DNA of 64,000 nucleotides from an uncultured Methanomassiliicoccales archaeon (GTDB lineage Archaea; Thermoplasmatota; Thermoplasmata; Methanomassiliicoccales; UBA472): NCBI GenBank assembly GCA_963695345.1, contig OY968769.1, positions 352,001 to 416,000 of the forward strand, read 5' to 3'. Shown piece by piece: positions 23,830 to 37,068 of this stretch (position 1 is its first letter; each line of letters starts with the position of its first letter). The notes under the pieces were generated by a model. It saw only the letters and a program-made list of their open reading frames with translations, ran no database searches and was not told where the DNA came from. The position numbers and the translations under genes were made by a program.

Positions 23830-24903
23830 TCATTTGCCTGCTTCCTTTTTCAACCCGATCTGGGTGACATAAAAGCTGTGCCGGTCCGAATTGACCGTAT
23901 CGAGAGTGAAAGAATATGTTATGAGGAATGTCGGTCCGAAAAGGGTTCCGTCGCAGTCATATTGCTGCTGGCATTGCACCTCGCAGCTAGATTTGCGGCT
24001 CTTGTGCAACCAGCTGTCTTTCATAGCCATGGCGTGCAGATCGTAGAAGGTGTTCTTCTTGGCCGAAAGGCTCCTCATTCCCAAGAAGTTGGACTTCTCA
24101 CCTACCTTGAAGGTACTTCCGGAGGCACCTCCCTTTCCGTTTGCATTGGAGCACGCGCCGGGCGCTTCGCAGGAGTTCTTGACTCTCTTCAGATTTTCGT
24201 GGATGGCCGTACCGTCCCAGGTCTTGCGACCGGGTCCGGACACTTCCATCGCCGCGTAGCCTCCCAAGCCCGTCTTGGTTCCAGACTCGGCCAGGTTAGC
24301 ATCCACGCTCTGCGTGCGCACCTCAGCGACCTTGATGTTCGTAGGACAAGTGGATGCCTCTTTCTTCGGGAGATCCTTGGAGGGAGGGGTCGGACCTGGT
24401 GATGTGTCCTTTGGGGCTGGAGCAGGACCTTTCTTTTCATCATCCTTTCCGTCGATGTAGATCTCATCCAGTTCCTGGAGCGAGTCGATCGCCGGTGAGC
24501 CGTCGATGTGCAACGATCCCGAGACCGCGTTAGGAGGGTCAGATATTTTGTCGGGCTCAGGTCCGATGAGCGCTCTGTTTGGCGTCCAGCCACCCGCCAT
24601 CGCGCCCATGGAGTGCGCCGGCATGGCGGTCTGTCCATCTCCGTACACCCTTACGCCGCTGAAATCATATCCGAACCGGGCATCCCTGACCGGCCGGGTT
24701 CCCGCCTCTGGTGGCTGGGCATGTTCATCATATCTTTCGTTCACGGTCGATGAATACCATGTGGGAACACCGATGACCGCAGAACGATGGATGATCGTTT
24801 TCTTGCCGTCGTCGTCATTTGTTCTGCGGCCGCCGCAATTGCGCTGAAGGACGGGATTCCCAGACATCCTTGCCTCTTGTCCTTTCTTGGCAGCCTGCGC
24901 CAT
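23830..24903 (-). CDS. Second putative eCIS cargo with degenerate DUF4157-type leader and Cys-containing C-terminal domain
   Basis: LQRNCG, IHRSA and RFGYDFSGVRVY are present but HExxH is not; Pro/Lys-rich linker, then a ~190-aa domain with several Cys. Confidence 0.7.
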   Translation of the reverse strand: MAQAAKKGQEARMSGNPVLQRNCGGRRTNDDDGKKTIIHRSAVIGVPTWYSSTVNERYDEHAQPPEAGTRPVRDARFGYDFSGVRVYGDGQTAMPAHSMGAMAGGWTPNRALIGPEPDKISDPPNAVSGSLHIDGSPAIDSLQELDEIYIDGKDDEKKGPAPAPKDTSPGPTPPSKDLPKKEASTCPTNIKVAEVRTQSVDANLAESGTKTGLGGYAAMEVSGPGRKTWDGTAIHENLKRVKNSCEAPGACSNANGKGGASGSTFKVGEKSNFLGMRSLSAKKNTFYDLHAMAMKDSWLHKSRKSSCEVQCQQQYDCDGTLFGPTFLITYSFTLDTVNSDRHSFYVTQIGLKKEAGK

Positions 24904-24914
24904 CGCCCGTTCGC

Positions 24915-25169
24915 CTATGGACCGATCCCCCCATACACTGCCCGGGCGATCTCCTTCCCGATAGCTCGGGCATCTGAACCGGACACGCTGATATGCCGTG
25001 CTGGAACCTCTGGGTAAGCCCCGCCCGATCCCAGTTCTGGGGAGAGCCCACCCATGGTGATCAGCCTCGCCAGTTCCTGCTCCATGGCCCGCTGCACCAA
25101 CGGCCCTTCATGGCCCCCGACGGGCATCTGGTCCAGCACGAGCCGGTCGATATGGACTTTGATGGTCAT
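24915..25169 (-). CDS. Small conserved eCIS-associated protein
   Basis: IKVHIDRLVLD...EQELARL...IGKEIARAVYGG; GGTGAGG RBS; sits between the AAA and DUF4157 genes. Confidence 0.75.
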   Translation of the reverse strand: MTIKVHIDRLVLDQMPVGGHEGPLVQRAMEQELARLITMGGLSPELGSGGAYPEVPARHISVSGSDARAIGKEIARAVYGGIGP

Positions 25170-25185
25170 TGCCTCACCGGGAGCA

Positions 25186-27225
25186 TCATCGGAATTCCGC
25201 CTCGATGACCGGCTTGTTCATTTTCACGAACTCCGTCCTCACGGCGTCCAGAACGAATCGGCATCGTCACCTTTTGCTTCGAGTTCGCGGCGAGGAAGGC
25301 GGCGTTCAGCGCGATGTTGTGGATGCTGCCGCCGGTAAGGTTGAAACGGGCGAGCCGGTCTAGGTCGAGCCTCTCGCACGGCACATCCTTCGGGAAAGAC
25401 CTTCTCCCAGATGACCTTCCTCTCCGCCGGACCAGGATAGGGGAAGTCGACGATGAAGCGGAGCCTGCGGACAAACGCCGGGTCGAGGGCGCTCTTTGCG
25501 TTCGTGGCAAGGATCGCCAGGCCCTGGAACGCTTCCATGCGCTGCAGGAGATAGTTGATCTCGATGTTGGCATACCGGTCATGGCTGTCCTTCACCTCGC
25601 TGCGTTTGCCAAAGAGGGCATCGGCCTCATCGAAAAAGAGGATCACACCTCCTTCTTCAGCGGCATCGAAGAGCCGGCGGAGGTTCTTCTCGGTCTCGCC
25701 GATGTACTTGCTCACCACCTGTGAAAGATCGATGCGGTACAGGTCGAGATAGAGCTCGTTAGCGATCGCCTCCGCAGCCATGGTCTTTCCTGTCCCGCTC
25801 TCTCCGGCAAACAGGGCGGTGATACCGAGTCCGCGGTTCATCCTCTGCCGGAATCCCCATTCATCGTAGACAGTCTGCCGGTTCTTCACCTGGGATGCGA
25901 TATCGTGCAGGAGCTTTGCCTCGCGCTGCGGCAGCACAAGATCGCCCATTGTCGCCTTTGGAGCGATCCTCTGGGCAAGCTGTTCGAGGCGGGGACGGGA
26001 GCTTTCGACGCAGGTTTTCCAGATCTCGATCTCCTCATCCTCCATGCCGCTCGCCAAAATCGATCCTGCCGTCCTGCGAATGGCCGGAATATCCATGGAA
26101 AACTGCCCGGCCAGAGCCATGGCGAATTCGCCGCTGACCTGCGGAGAATAGCTCCGCCATACCGCCTCCTGTTCGGCCCGGGTCGGTCGGGATATCCCCA
26201 TCGCCTGGTAGGGGCAGGGGAGCGGGACCACGTCGAGGACGTCGAGGAAGATGAAGCCGTTGCTGCGGGCGACGAACCGGTGCACAGATAGGGTCTGCGC
26301 CTCATTGTCCCCTTGGTCGAGGAACAGGGATATCGGTACCAGGATGCTCTCCCTTTCGACCAGTCTCGCTAACGCTTCCAGCTCATCGGCTTGTGATGGT
26401 AGGGCACCAGCGGTCATCCGGAACATGTGCCGTCCCAGCGCAGCGGACGCATGTCGGGCTACCAATTCCTTGCTTCCGGAATATGGACCGGTGAGCTCGA
26501 TCACCGGGAGGCCTCCGCCATCGGTCGGCCTCAACGACTGTTCGATCCTTTCCACCATCAATTGTTGGGAAGGAGGCAGTGGTTCGATCTCGATGGCCTT
26601 GGCACAGGGGATCAGCAAGGGAGTGAGCCGATCGTCGAGGATGTTCAGGCCTTTTATGTAACTGACGATCCGTTCATCCGCCCGCAGAGGGCTTGTCATT
26701 AGCGGCCCGGCGCCCACCTGGCCGATCTCTATCAACTGCCAGTGACGCAAAGGCCGGTCCGGGGAGAACGCATCCCAATGCGGTTCCTTGAAAAGGGCGA
26801 GCGCCAGTGCAAAGGTGGGATACGGGCGATAGGGAGAGTCCTGGGCCTTGGCGCACAGGGAGGGGATACGGGTATCCATCTCCATGGCGGCGCAGAGCAG
26901 CAGGATCTCCTGCTCGAACCTCGTAAGTGAAAGCATCTGGCCGAGCATCACCAGCGCAGGAGGTGGTTCGATCTCGGCATTCTTCTCCATCTCCAGGAAC
27001 GCCTTCGCCGTCTGGTCATCGGAGATGGGCACTGAGGTGGATGCGGGCGATCCCGGGCCCTGACCGTTCTTCGTGGAATAGCGTCCTGAAGCGGAACGAT
27101 CGGATGGCTGTAGCCCCTTGGTTCGGGTTCGCGTAGGCCAATTGCTCCAGGCGGAGGCGGAGCCAGGAGAGCGCGCTGTTCAGGTACCTATCGTTGCATT
27201 CCTCCCATTCGTTCTGAACGGTCAA
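25186..27225 (-). CDS. eCIS AAA+ ATPase (Afp15/Pvc15-like); three apparent frameshifts (~27040, ~25395, ~25257)
   Basis: N-terminus WEECNDRYLNSALSWLRLRL (27016-27225); core GESGTGKT, VVSKYIGETEKN, LFFDEADALFGKR, DPAFVRRL; C-terminus LTGGSIHNIALNAAFLAA then LDAVRTEFVKMNKP, stop at 25186. Confidence 0.9.
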
Positions 27226-28499
27226 GTGATCGTCACCTTCTGGTTGGGATCGAAATCGATCAGTGGGGGCGTTCCGGCGGCGGTGAACGGCAGGCTGTCG
27301 ACTCCGTCTACCCTCAGCCTGATGAGGTGCGCCCCCGGCTTGGCATCCCTGACGAGGAAGGTGAAGGTCGTGGGTTCCGCCGTGTCGCTGGGGGTGTTCC
27401 GGGTCAGGGCCGCGATCTGGCTGCCACCGAACAACAGCTGTACCGATTGGTCATCATGAACCCGTGGTCTGCATGTTACCGTCAGCGTCAGGTCGCCAGC
27501 GGGAGCGGTGTGCGGCGCGATCGAGATGGATGGTGCGAGCGTGACGGGCACCTCGTTCGTGACCAGGAGCGGCTTTCCGGGGACATCGATCAGGACCGCG
27601 GCCGTGTAGAACCCAGGCACCCAGGTGGCGTATGCCGTCGCGTCCTCGGCAAGGTCGCCAACGTGGACGGTAAGTGAATCAGCAAAGGTCTTCACGGAAG
27701 CCCTCTCCACCGGAGCTGCCAGCCTCGTGCTGGTGAACCGCATCCGGACTCCTTCCACGTCAAGATGCTTACCGAGGATCTTGACATCGGTTCCGAGTGT
27801 CATGGACGGCATCGAATTGGCGTACTCCGTCCCGGTCAGGATGGGCAACCGCGCAGCAGAGACCGATGCACCTCTATCGGCGGCGCCGCGTTTGAGTACC
27901 GGCAGGGCCGACCTGACCGGCTGCATGCTCTCGATCAACACGATGGACACCTGGTATGCGGCACAGATGCGGTAATCGGTCTGGAACATCATCCAGAGCT
28001 TTGAGAGCTCGTCCATCGATATCGGCAGATGGGTGATCCGGATGTGCTCGGGCTGATGGTCTATGTGGCTGTCGGAGAGGAGAGCAGATATCTCAGCCGG
28101 ATCAAAGAGGTCGGATACCCCTATGAGAGGGAAATCGGAGAGTATCCTCATCCCCCGCCCTAGTATGCGATGGGCAAGCCTGTCGTCATCCCCCTTGCCG
28201 TACGCGGTGATCAGGTACTGCAGGTCCAGGGCGAGGGGGGGAAGGGCCGACTCTCCCGGTCTAACAGTACGGGGCATATCCATGTTGCGTGTCGATCCAT
28301 TGGGGGAAACATGGTACAGGAAGATGTTGACCTGGTTCGCTGTCTTTGTGCCAGGCCTCGCCTTGCCCGGGGGAAGCGTGGTCACGTCCAGATCGGTCAG
28401 CTCAGTGTCCGTGCTCCCGTCGTCATTGAGCTTGATCCCCAACTCAAGGAGCTTCGCCATGACCGCCGTGACGGTAGCGATCGCCATAGAACCGCTCAT
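27222..28499 (-). CDS. DUF4255 / Pvc16-Afp16 cap (tail terminator) protein with C-terminal Ig/IPT-like extension
   Basis: AIATVT, VNIFLYHV, PPLALDLQYLITAY, DELSKLW, AAYQVSIVLIE; C-terminal IRLRVDGVDS. Confidence 0.88.
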   Translation of the reverse strand: MSGSMAIATVTAVMAKLLELGIKLNDDGSTDTELTDLDVTTLPPGKARPGTKTANQVNIFLYHVSPNGSTRNMDMPRTVRPGESALPPLALDLQYLITAYGKGDDDRLAHRILGRGMRILSDFPLIGVSDLFDPAEISALLSDSHIDHQPEHIRITHLPISMDELSKLWMMFQTDYRICAAYQVSIVLIESMQPVRSALPVLKRGAADRGASVSAARLPILTGTEYANSMPSMTLGTDVKILGKHLDVEGVRMRFTSTRLAAPVERASVKTFADSLTVHVGDLAEDATAYATWVPGFYTAAVLIDVPGKPLLVTNEVPVTLAPSISIAPHTAPAGDLTLTVTCRPRVHDDQSVQLLFGGSQIAALTRNTPSDTAEPTTFTFLVRDAKPGAHLIRLRVDGVDSLPFTAAGTPPLIDFDPNQKVTIT

Positions 28500-29456
28500 T
28501 TCGCCACCTTTCCAGCCGGTCTGCGCAGGTAATCCGCCAGGTCCAGCTCCGGCATCTTCCGGTGGTGTTCCTTCGCTTCCCTGGCGGGAACGGCCCGCAC
28601 CTCAATGCGGCCTATGGTCACTTGGACCAATGGTTCACGGGCTGGTCTTCCCTTTGCCGTCGGCGCCGGGGTGATTTGAGACGGAACGGAAACTTTCCTG
28701 GGCGGTCATCCTGGATGGTTCGGGTCCAGACGTCTGACGGGAGCTTGGATGGACTTTCGTTGCCTCACTGGGGATGCGCGTGTTCCCGATGTCCAGGGCC
28801 ACCGCTTCGGTGCCCATGCCTTTGCGGACAGAGCGGACCGGCAAACGTTTCTCCCGCGTTTCGATGGAGGATGACACCGGACCCGTCTCTCTCATTTCCA
28901 GGGTTGCTCCCTTCCCGGGTACGGCCCTGCCGTTCTCCGGAGGTACCTCTTGACGCGGCTGACCAACAGCCGATCGTCTGATGATACGGCTCGGTTCTGG
29001 CTCCACTTGAAGTGACAGTGCCCTGGCTGACGGTTCATCGCCTTTGTCCGCGTGAGGTTTTGCCTGGACCCTCTCCCTTACGCCCTCCGAGACGACCGGC
29101 CTGTCCATGATTGGCCTCCCCGTTCTTTCCTCCTCCGGTATCTCCTCGGGAGCGGGAGATCTAAGCGCGGCAACGCGGGTCATTGTCCTGAACGCCGCGG
29201 GCCCACGGACAACTGGACGTCTGACAATCGATGGTTCGGGATGCTGGACCTCCCTGACCTCGGCGATTTCCAACGGAGACTCCTCTTCCCGTGGTACCAA
29301 GGAACCCGGAATGAAGATGGGCCGGACCTTGTCCATCGAACCTTTCGAAAGATCCGTCCCGTCCCTTCGGGTCTTCTCGTACCGAGATGGAAGGCGGGGC
29401 TTGATCCCCGCCGGTCGCTGGTTGCGGAGCACCAGGCTGGTCAATAGATCGGTCAT
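28496..29456 (-). CDS. Low-complexity Pro/Arg/Glu-rich eCIS protein; frameshift near 28640-28670
   Basis: N-terminus IKPRLPSRYE. The alternative frame gives VQVTIGRIEVRAVP...LDLADYLRR and stops at 28496, overlapping the DUF4255 ATG. Confidence 0.75.
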
Positions 29457-30187
29457 TCGGTCACCTTTTCCAGGTACATCTGCCTCCGGGCCGCGCTCAT
29501 CGAGAGCACCTCGGTCTCGTTCCAGCCATAGGCCATGGCGAGCTGGTGGACCTCATCGACGGTTCTGGCCGCCCAGTTTTCGATCTCGTCCCAGAAGAAG
29601 GACAGGATATCGAAGTCCTCCTGCCATTTCTCATTGCAGTAAGGGCAGGTCAGTGAAAGGATGGTGACCGTGTGAGGGTCAGCCCGTTCCATAGCCTCCG
29701 TCAAAGCGTTGAGCACCTCCGCCGGCAAATGGTCGGATGTCACCGGATCCAATCCGTTCTTGGCGTCCAGAATACAGCGTCTGAGGAGGAGGTCCTTTGC
29801 CTCTGAGGGTATCTTCATATCAGCGATCGCCTCAAGGTCGGTGGTATCCGGAAGACGGAACCAGACCGAGTACCCGTCAGATATTAGCGGGTCCACCGTT
29901 GCCGATCCCGAACCGCCTGGCCCCCGGATGTCCGAAGATCGAAGGGCTGTTTCAACCAATTCCTCGCAACTAGGACAACGTGCCACAGCCTCAAGGACTG
30001 GACCGAATATCTGCTCCCGAAGCCTGAGGAGCTGTCTGTCACGTTCCCCGATCGGCATCCGGACAAGGGCATCCCTGGTTGCTCCCGAGTTAGCTGCGGA
30101 AAGCAGGCTGATCGCCCTCTCATAAGGGACTAAACCCTGACCTATTTCCCAGACGTCCAGAAGCTCCTGGGCCGACAGCGATCGCAT
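29453..30187 (-). CDS. T4 gp26-like baseplate hub / assembly protein
   Basis: LLDVWE, IGERDRQLL.LR..IFG, CPSC, FRLPDTTD, CPYC, EVHQLAMAYGW.ETEVLSMS..RR..YL. Confidence 0.8.
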   Translation of the reverse strand: MRSLSAQELLDVWEIGQGLVPYERAISLLSAANSGATRDALVRMPIGERDRQLLRLREQIFGPVLEAVARCPSCEELVETALRSSDIRGPGGSGSATVDPLISDGYSVWFRLPDTTDLEAIADMKIPSEAKDLLLRRCILDAKNGLDPVTSDHLPAEVLNALTEAMERADPHTVTILSLTCPYCNEKWQEDFDILSFFWDEIENWAARTVDEVHQLAMAYGWNETEVLSMSAARRQMYLEKVTE

Positions 30188-30203
30188 GGAGAACCACTTT
30201 GCC

Positions 30204-30719
30204 TTAGCTTATGGTCGGTTCCGTCGGTTCCGGAACCTCGGTGTCCCTCTCCCAGCCCTCGTTCTCCAGCTTGATGTGCTCGATGGCGACAGCATTGGCG
30301 TTGGCGTCAAGGTCGGGAAGGGCCTGATATTCCGATACCCAGCAGCGGAATACCTTGTAGGCGATCGCCAGCTGCCCCGCTTCGTTGTACACCTCGATGA
30401 TGATATCCTTCCGGAAGTCCTTCAGGGAGACCTCGCTTCCCAGCCCGGCACCGAAATTCCAGACCTTCTTGGCCCAGTTGGCGAATTCCGGGTCGTGGGT
30501 CACGCCCCGGTCGAGTGAGATGGCGTCATATTCCGTCCGCCCCGGAGATTTCCGGGTACTGCTCGGGTCGCCGCCCTCCCGGTGCTTGACCACCTCGGTC
30601 GTACGCTTTAGGGAACCGACCTTACTGATCCCGGCAACGTACCGTCCATCCCATTTCACCCGGAACTTGAAGTTCTTGTACGGGTCGAACCTTGTTGTAT
30701 TGACACTGAATTGCGCCAT
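30204..30719 (-). CDS. Tail tube protein (T4 gp19-like, Afp1/5)
   Basis: DPYKNFKFRVKWDG, KHREGGD, SPGRTEYDAISLDRGVTHD, VFRCWVSEY, AIEHIKLENEG; AGGTGA RBS before ATG 30719. Confidence 0.95.
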   Translation of the reverse strand: MAQFSVNTTRFDPYKNFKFRVKWDGRYVAGISKVGSLKRTTEVVKHREGGDPSSTRKSPGRTEYDAISLDRGVTHDPEFANWAKKVWNFGAGLGSEVSLKDFRKDIIIEVYNEAGQLAIAYKVFRCWVSEYQALPDLDANANAVAIEHIKLENEGWERDTEVPEPTEPTIS

Positions 30720-30729
30720 GTTTTTCACC

Positions 30730-32266
30730 TCACGTCTGGATCTCCCCGGCGATCTGCTGGATCTTGATCACAACGAACTCGGCTGGCTTCAACGGGGCAA
30801 AACCGACGATGATGTTCACGATACCCAGGTTGATGTCGTTCTGCGTCGTGGTCTCCTTGTCGCACTTGACAAAATATGCCTCCTTCGGGGTGCTTCCCTG
30901 GAACGCCCCCTGGCGGAAGAGGTTGTGCATGAAAGCCCCGATGTTGAGACGGATCTGCGCCCAGAGCGGCTCATCGTTGGGCTCGAAGACCACCCATTTG
31001 GTGCTCCGGAAGAGAGCTCTCCTCAATGAACAGTGCCAGTCTTCTGATCGGGATGTACTTCCACTCCGACCCTATCTCGTCGTTCCCGCGCAGCGTGCGC
31101 GCGCCCCATGCCACCGTTCCGTAGACCGGCATGGTCCTGATGCAGTTGATCCCCTTCTGGTTCAGGACCCCGTTCTCCATGTCCGTGAGGGGCTCTTTCG
31201 TGCCGATCACCCCAGTAAGGCTGGCATCGACACCGGCGGGCGCCTTCCACACGCCGCGGCTGGAGTCTGTTCGGGAGTAAATTCCGGCCATGAACCCGCA
31301 GGGAGGGACATCTTTGGGCCGGTACTCCTGAAGAGCGTCAGGTATCTTCAGCCAGGGGAAGTAGAACGCGGCATTGATGGCGTCATCCCCTGTGAGCGAC
31401 CCGGACAGACCGCCCGTTCCACTGAGCGCTGTGAACGTAGCGGAATCGGCGCAATCTACGATGAGAAATGCACGTTTCCTCCGGCAGAAACCCTCGAGGA
31501 GGGCAAGGACCGCTGGGGTCTTCTCCCCGGGCACGCAAAGGATGTTGAAGAGATCGACCCGGTTCAACAGCGGCACATCACCGGAGCCATCGGTCAAACT
31601 GCTTTCGAAATTCGCTGTGTTGGGTACCAGAACGACCCCATCCTGGCCACCTTCCAATGGCTCGAGGGTCGTCGTGTCGGCCGGAGGCGAAGCGGGCGTC
31701 GCCACGGCAGCGGCGTTCACGATGAGCGATTCGTCATTCAGCACACTGATCACGTAGCGTGGGTCCGTTGCGTCCACTGATAGGTTCTCGAAGGATTCAA
31801 CGACGTTCCCCAGGTTGTCGGCGTCAGTTGTCTTGATGAACGACAGGATCTGAAGACGGAACCTGGTGGCATCGTCGGTCCGCTGCTTTATTCCGATCCT
31901 GTAGAGGTTGCCCCATGTTCCTGGGTTCTTTGCAGTAACGGTTATCTTGTTGTCGATCGTCACCGAGGCGGGCACCGCATTGTTGGTCGCGGTGGCGTCC
32001 CCGGTCCTGACGATTCGGATAATGTAGGCATCCGTTCCCCCGTTGGCGAAGAAACTGGATACAGCGTACCCGAGGTAGCTGTTGCTGTTCAGACCACCGA
32101 AATAGCGTTCAAAGTCCTGCCATGAGAAGATCCTCTGGGCTCTGTCGGTCGGACCTTTTGGAGCCCAACCAATGAACGCAGTGATCGAGGTAGCGACACC
32201 GGTTATCGTCCGGACACCACTCGGGATTTCCTCTATATAGACTCCTGGATAAGATAGCGTAGGCAT
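30730..32266 (-). CDS. Contractile tail sheath protein (Afp2/3/4-like); one frameshift near 31015
   Basis: YPGVYIEE, TSITAFIG, FFANGG, PPCGFMAG, RGVWKAPAG, WGARTL, WKYIPIRRL, then WVVFEPND...APLKPAEFVVIKI; GGAGG RBS. Confidence 0.95.
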
Positions 32267-32702
32267 ATTATTCCTCCATGATTATTCCAATTATCCTTTC
32301 CTCCGGCAATAGCGTCCCCGACGCAACGAAATACCATTCATCATTCCATGCTGGCGGATGGTCCCATTCTCCATATTTTCGAGTAACAATTTCGGTCCTC
32401 CATAGAACGTCTCTCAAACCGAGGTAATTAAACCGGCTGCGTTGAGCCTCAAAAAATATTCTTTACCACATCATCTCACGACCAGAGGCGATTCTCTCCT
32501 TGGTCGAATGACCTTATGTCTTCATCCTGTGACTGATAATTGTAAACCGATGCCCAACCAGTCATGATGGATTGATCTTGGAAAAGTGAATTATTTGTCA
32601 TGAGATATGTCGTTCAGAATTATTCTTGACCATCTTCAATTCAGTTGTTCATTCATAGAACGATGCAAGAATTCATGTCGATAATTATGTAATGAGCCGC
32701 GT

Positions 32703-33094
32703 CTAGACCGTTATCCTTCTTTCATCCTTCAATCGGTCCATCGCCGATTGAATAACTTCAACGTCTGGCAGGTTCCTGTTCGTCTTGATCGTCGTGACAT
32801 AGGCCATGAACCGTTCTGCGGTCGTATCGTCCAATCCTTTGATCTTGGCGAATTTCATGGCGAGAACCTTGAGATCATTCTTTGTGGAATACCGTTTGAC
32901 CGGATCACCATCTACGAAATTGAAGATAAGCCCGCACTTACAGTGACCTATTGTTGGAGTGGACGGATTTGCTGAGGTTTTGATGTAGTCTCTGAATGTG
33001 TCCCTTTCGATGAACTCTCCGCATTCGCATAGGATTATGATCTTTTTACCCCCAAAGAAAAATAAATAGAACCCACTGATTTGAGGGGTGTCAT
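32703..33094 (-). CDS. Small putative Zn-binding protein missed by the ORF track; probable 1-nt deletion in the A-run near 33045
   Basis: Open frame KIIILCECGEFIERDTFRDYIKTSANPSTPTIGHCKCGLIFNF...KDERRITV, TAG at 32703. Start codons (ATG 33094, or a TTG) lie one frame off. Confidence 0.55.
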
Positions 33095-33441
33095 AGCCTT
33101 CTGGCTCGCCTCTCCACAGTGAAATATCTTCGCTATGGATATAGAGGATTTTGCATTTTATTTAAAACTTTTTGATGTAAAATATTATCAAATATTATAC
33201 TCCGGGAAGTTATCTTTGCTCCCATTCTGAAATGTGAAAAAGTTATGCCAATACCGGTGATGAATGGAAAATACTGCATCAAATCGAAGCCGCTACCCAC
33301 ACCTCCGATCGAGGACCGGAAATGGACTAGCAGATTGGCGGTGACTGCTGGAATTGGCCCTGTCATAATCGCTCGCCAATCCGATGAAGTGGTTTGTACC
33401 CGGTCCATTTGGCTTGTGTCCTTGTGCACGAAATCGAGTGC

Positions 33442-35828
<2,387 letters not shown>

Positions 35829-36000
35829 GGTACAACCCCTTCTCCTGGAGATATTGGTCAACACAATAAGAAAGTTGCCGGACGCTGTTGGACTGCTCCT
35901 GGAGAGGATATCTGGCGATTTTACCTTCGAAGTCTTTCAAGGCACGGGCGTATCTGAATGGAGACTATCGATTCTAACATTACCAAAATTTTAATAACGG

Positions 36001-36600
36001 ATGACCACCCAACCTGCATTCATGAGCTCGATCATCGATGGTATGATGGGAATGCTGTCCTCGGGAGACAATCTATCCGCCATGGGCAAGTCCGTCGGCG
36101 GGGATGAGAAATCGGTCAAATCTGCGCTGGGCATGGGATTGCCATTGATCATGGGCTCGATGGCGGACACAGCCTCCAAACCCGGTGGGGCCGATATCCT
36201 GACCAAGATGATACCGAAGGCAGGGGCCAGCAATCCGATGGACAACGTGGGCGCCCAAATAGGCAACCAGGACACCGCCGCGGGTTCGGATATGCTCAGC
36301 AAACTATTGGGGGACAGGATGGGGCCAATGCAGAGCGCGATCTCCAAGAAATCGGGGCTCGCCCCAGATGGTGTCGGCAAGCTGCTGGCGATGGTGGCGC
36401 CGTTGCTGATGGGTCAGATCGGTAAGATGTTCACCCAAGGTAATATGGACAGCAAAGGATTGTCCGCACTGCTTGGCAGCCAGTCCAAGATGGCTATGCA
36501 ATCCTCACCCGAGGCTTCAGACCTCTCCAAGGAGCTGAACATTGGACAGGCAGGTGCCGGGGGCTTCATGGCGAAGCTCAAGAACATGTTCAAGAAGTGA
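36001..36600 (+). CDS. DUF937 family protein
   Basis: KSALGMGLPLIMG, GSDMLSKLLG, ISKKSGL...KLLAMVAPLLMG. Confidence 0.8.
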   Translation: MTTQPAFMSSIIDGMMGMLSSGDNLSAMGKSVGGDEKSVKSALGMGLPLIMGSMADTASKPGGADILTKMIPKAGASNPMDNVGAQIGNQDTAAGSDMLSKLLGDRMGPMQSAISKKSGLAPDGVGKLLAMVAPLLMGQIGKMFTQGNMDSKGLSALLGSQSKMAMQSSPEASDLSKELNIGQAGAGGFMAKLKNMFKK

Positions 36601-37031
36601 CAGGACCAGTGCAGGCTGGTCATTGACACCAGGTTCGAAAACGATCTAACCTTGAGATCGCGGAGGATTCATTTTCTGATAGCTGGTCATTTAACGTCCC
36701 GCCCATGGGCTCAGGCAATGATCAGATGATATGACAGTCCGGATACCGATCGTTAATGGAAAAAAGACGGGTTGGGATTCCCTGAGGATCGCTTGGGAAA
36801 TGAAGGAAGCATCGGGAGCGGAGTGGAAAAGTACCCCGATCTATGGTTAAGGCCGATGCTGCGTCGGGTCCGGCGAATATCGCTGAATTCTAGAGGGTGC
36901 ACTTTGGCCGGACCAGGATGGGTTTGAAGTTGTATCGATTCATCCATTGCAATGGATGGAAGGCCCTTCCCGGCCGGCGGCTCCGCGACATCACCTTCGG
37001 TCAAGATCCAAGACCCCCCCTCCTAAGAAGG

Positions 37032-37055
37032 AGAGATGCTCGCCCGACGCATCTC
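37032..37055 (-). terminator. Hairpin just downstream of ftsZ
   Basis: GAGATGC...GCATCTC 7-bp stem about 15 nt past the ftsZ stop; no strong U-tract. Confidence 0.25.
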
Positions 37056-37068
37056 GTTCGCCCCCAGG

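Noticed and set aside
30971-31026. Programmed ribosomal frameshift in the sheath gene
   Set aside because: No X XXY YYZ slippery site, and similar one-base breaks occur in ftsZ and flavodoxin.
32267-32702. Operator repeats upstream of the sheath (CATAGAACG at ~32401 and ~32655; CGACCA/TGGTCG stem)
   Set aside because: Too short to distinguish from chance without comparative data.
33133-33429. 98-aa ORF between the HerA-like gene and the eCIS
   Set aside because: No motif or clear RBS, and it runs into AT-rich promoter-like DNA; likely spurious.
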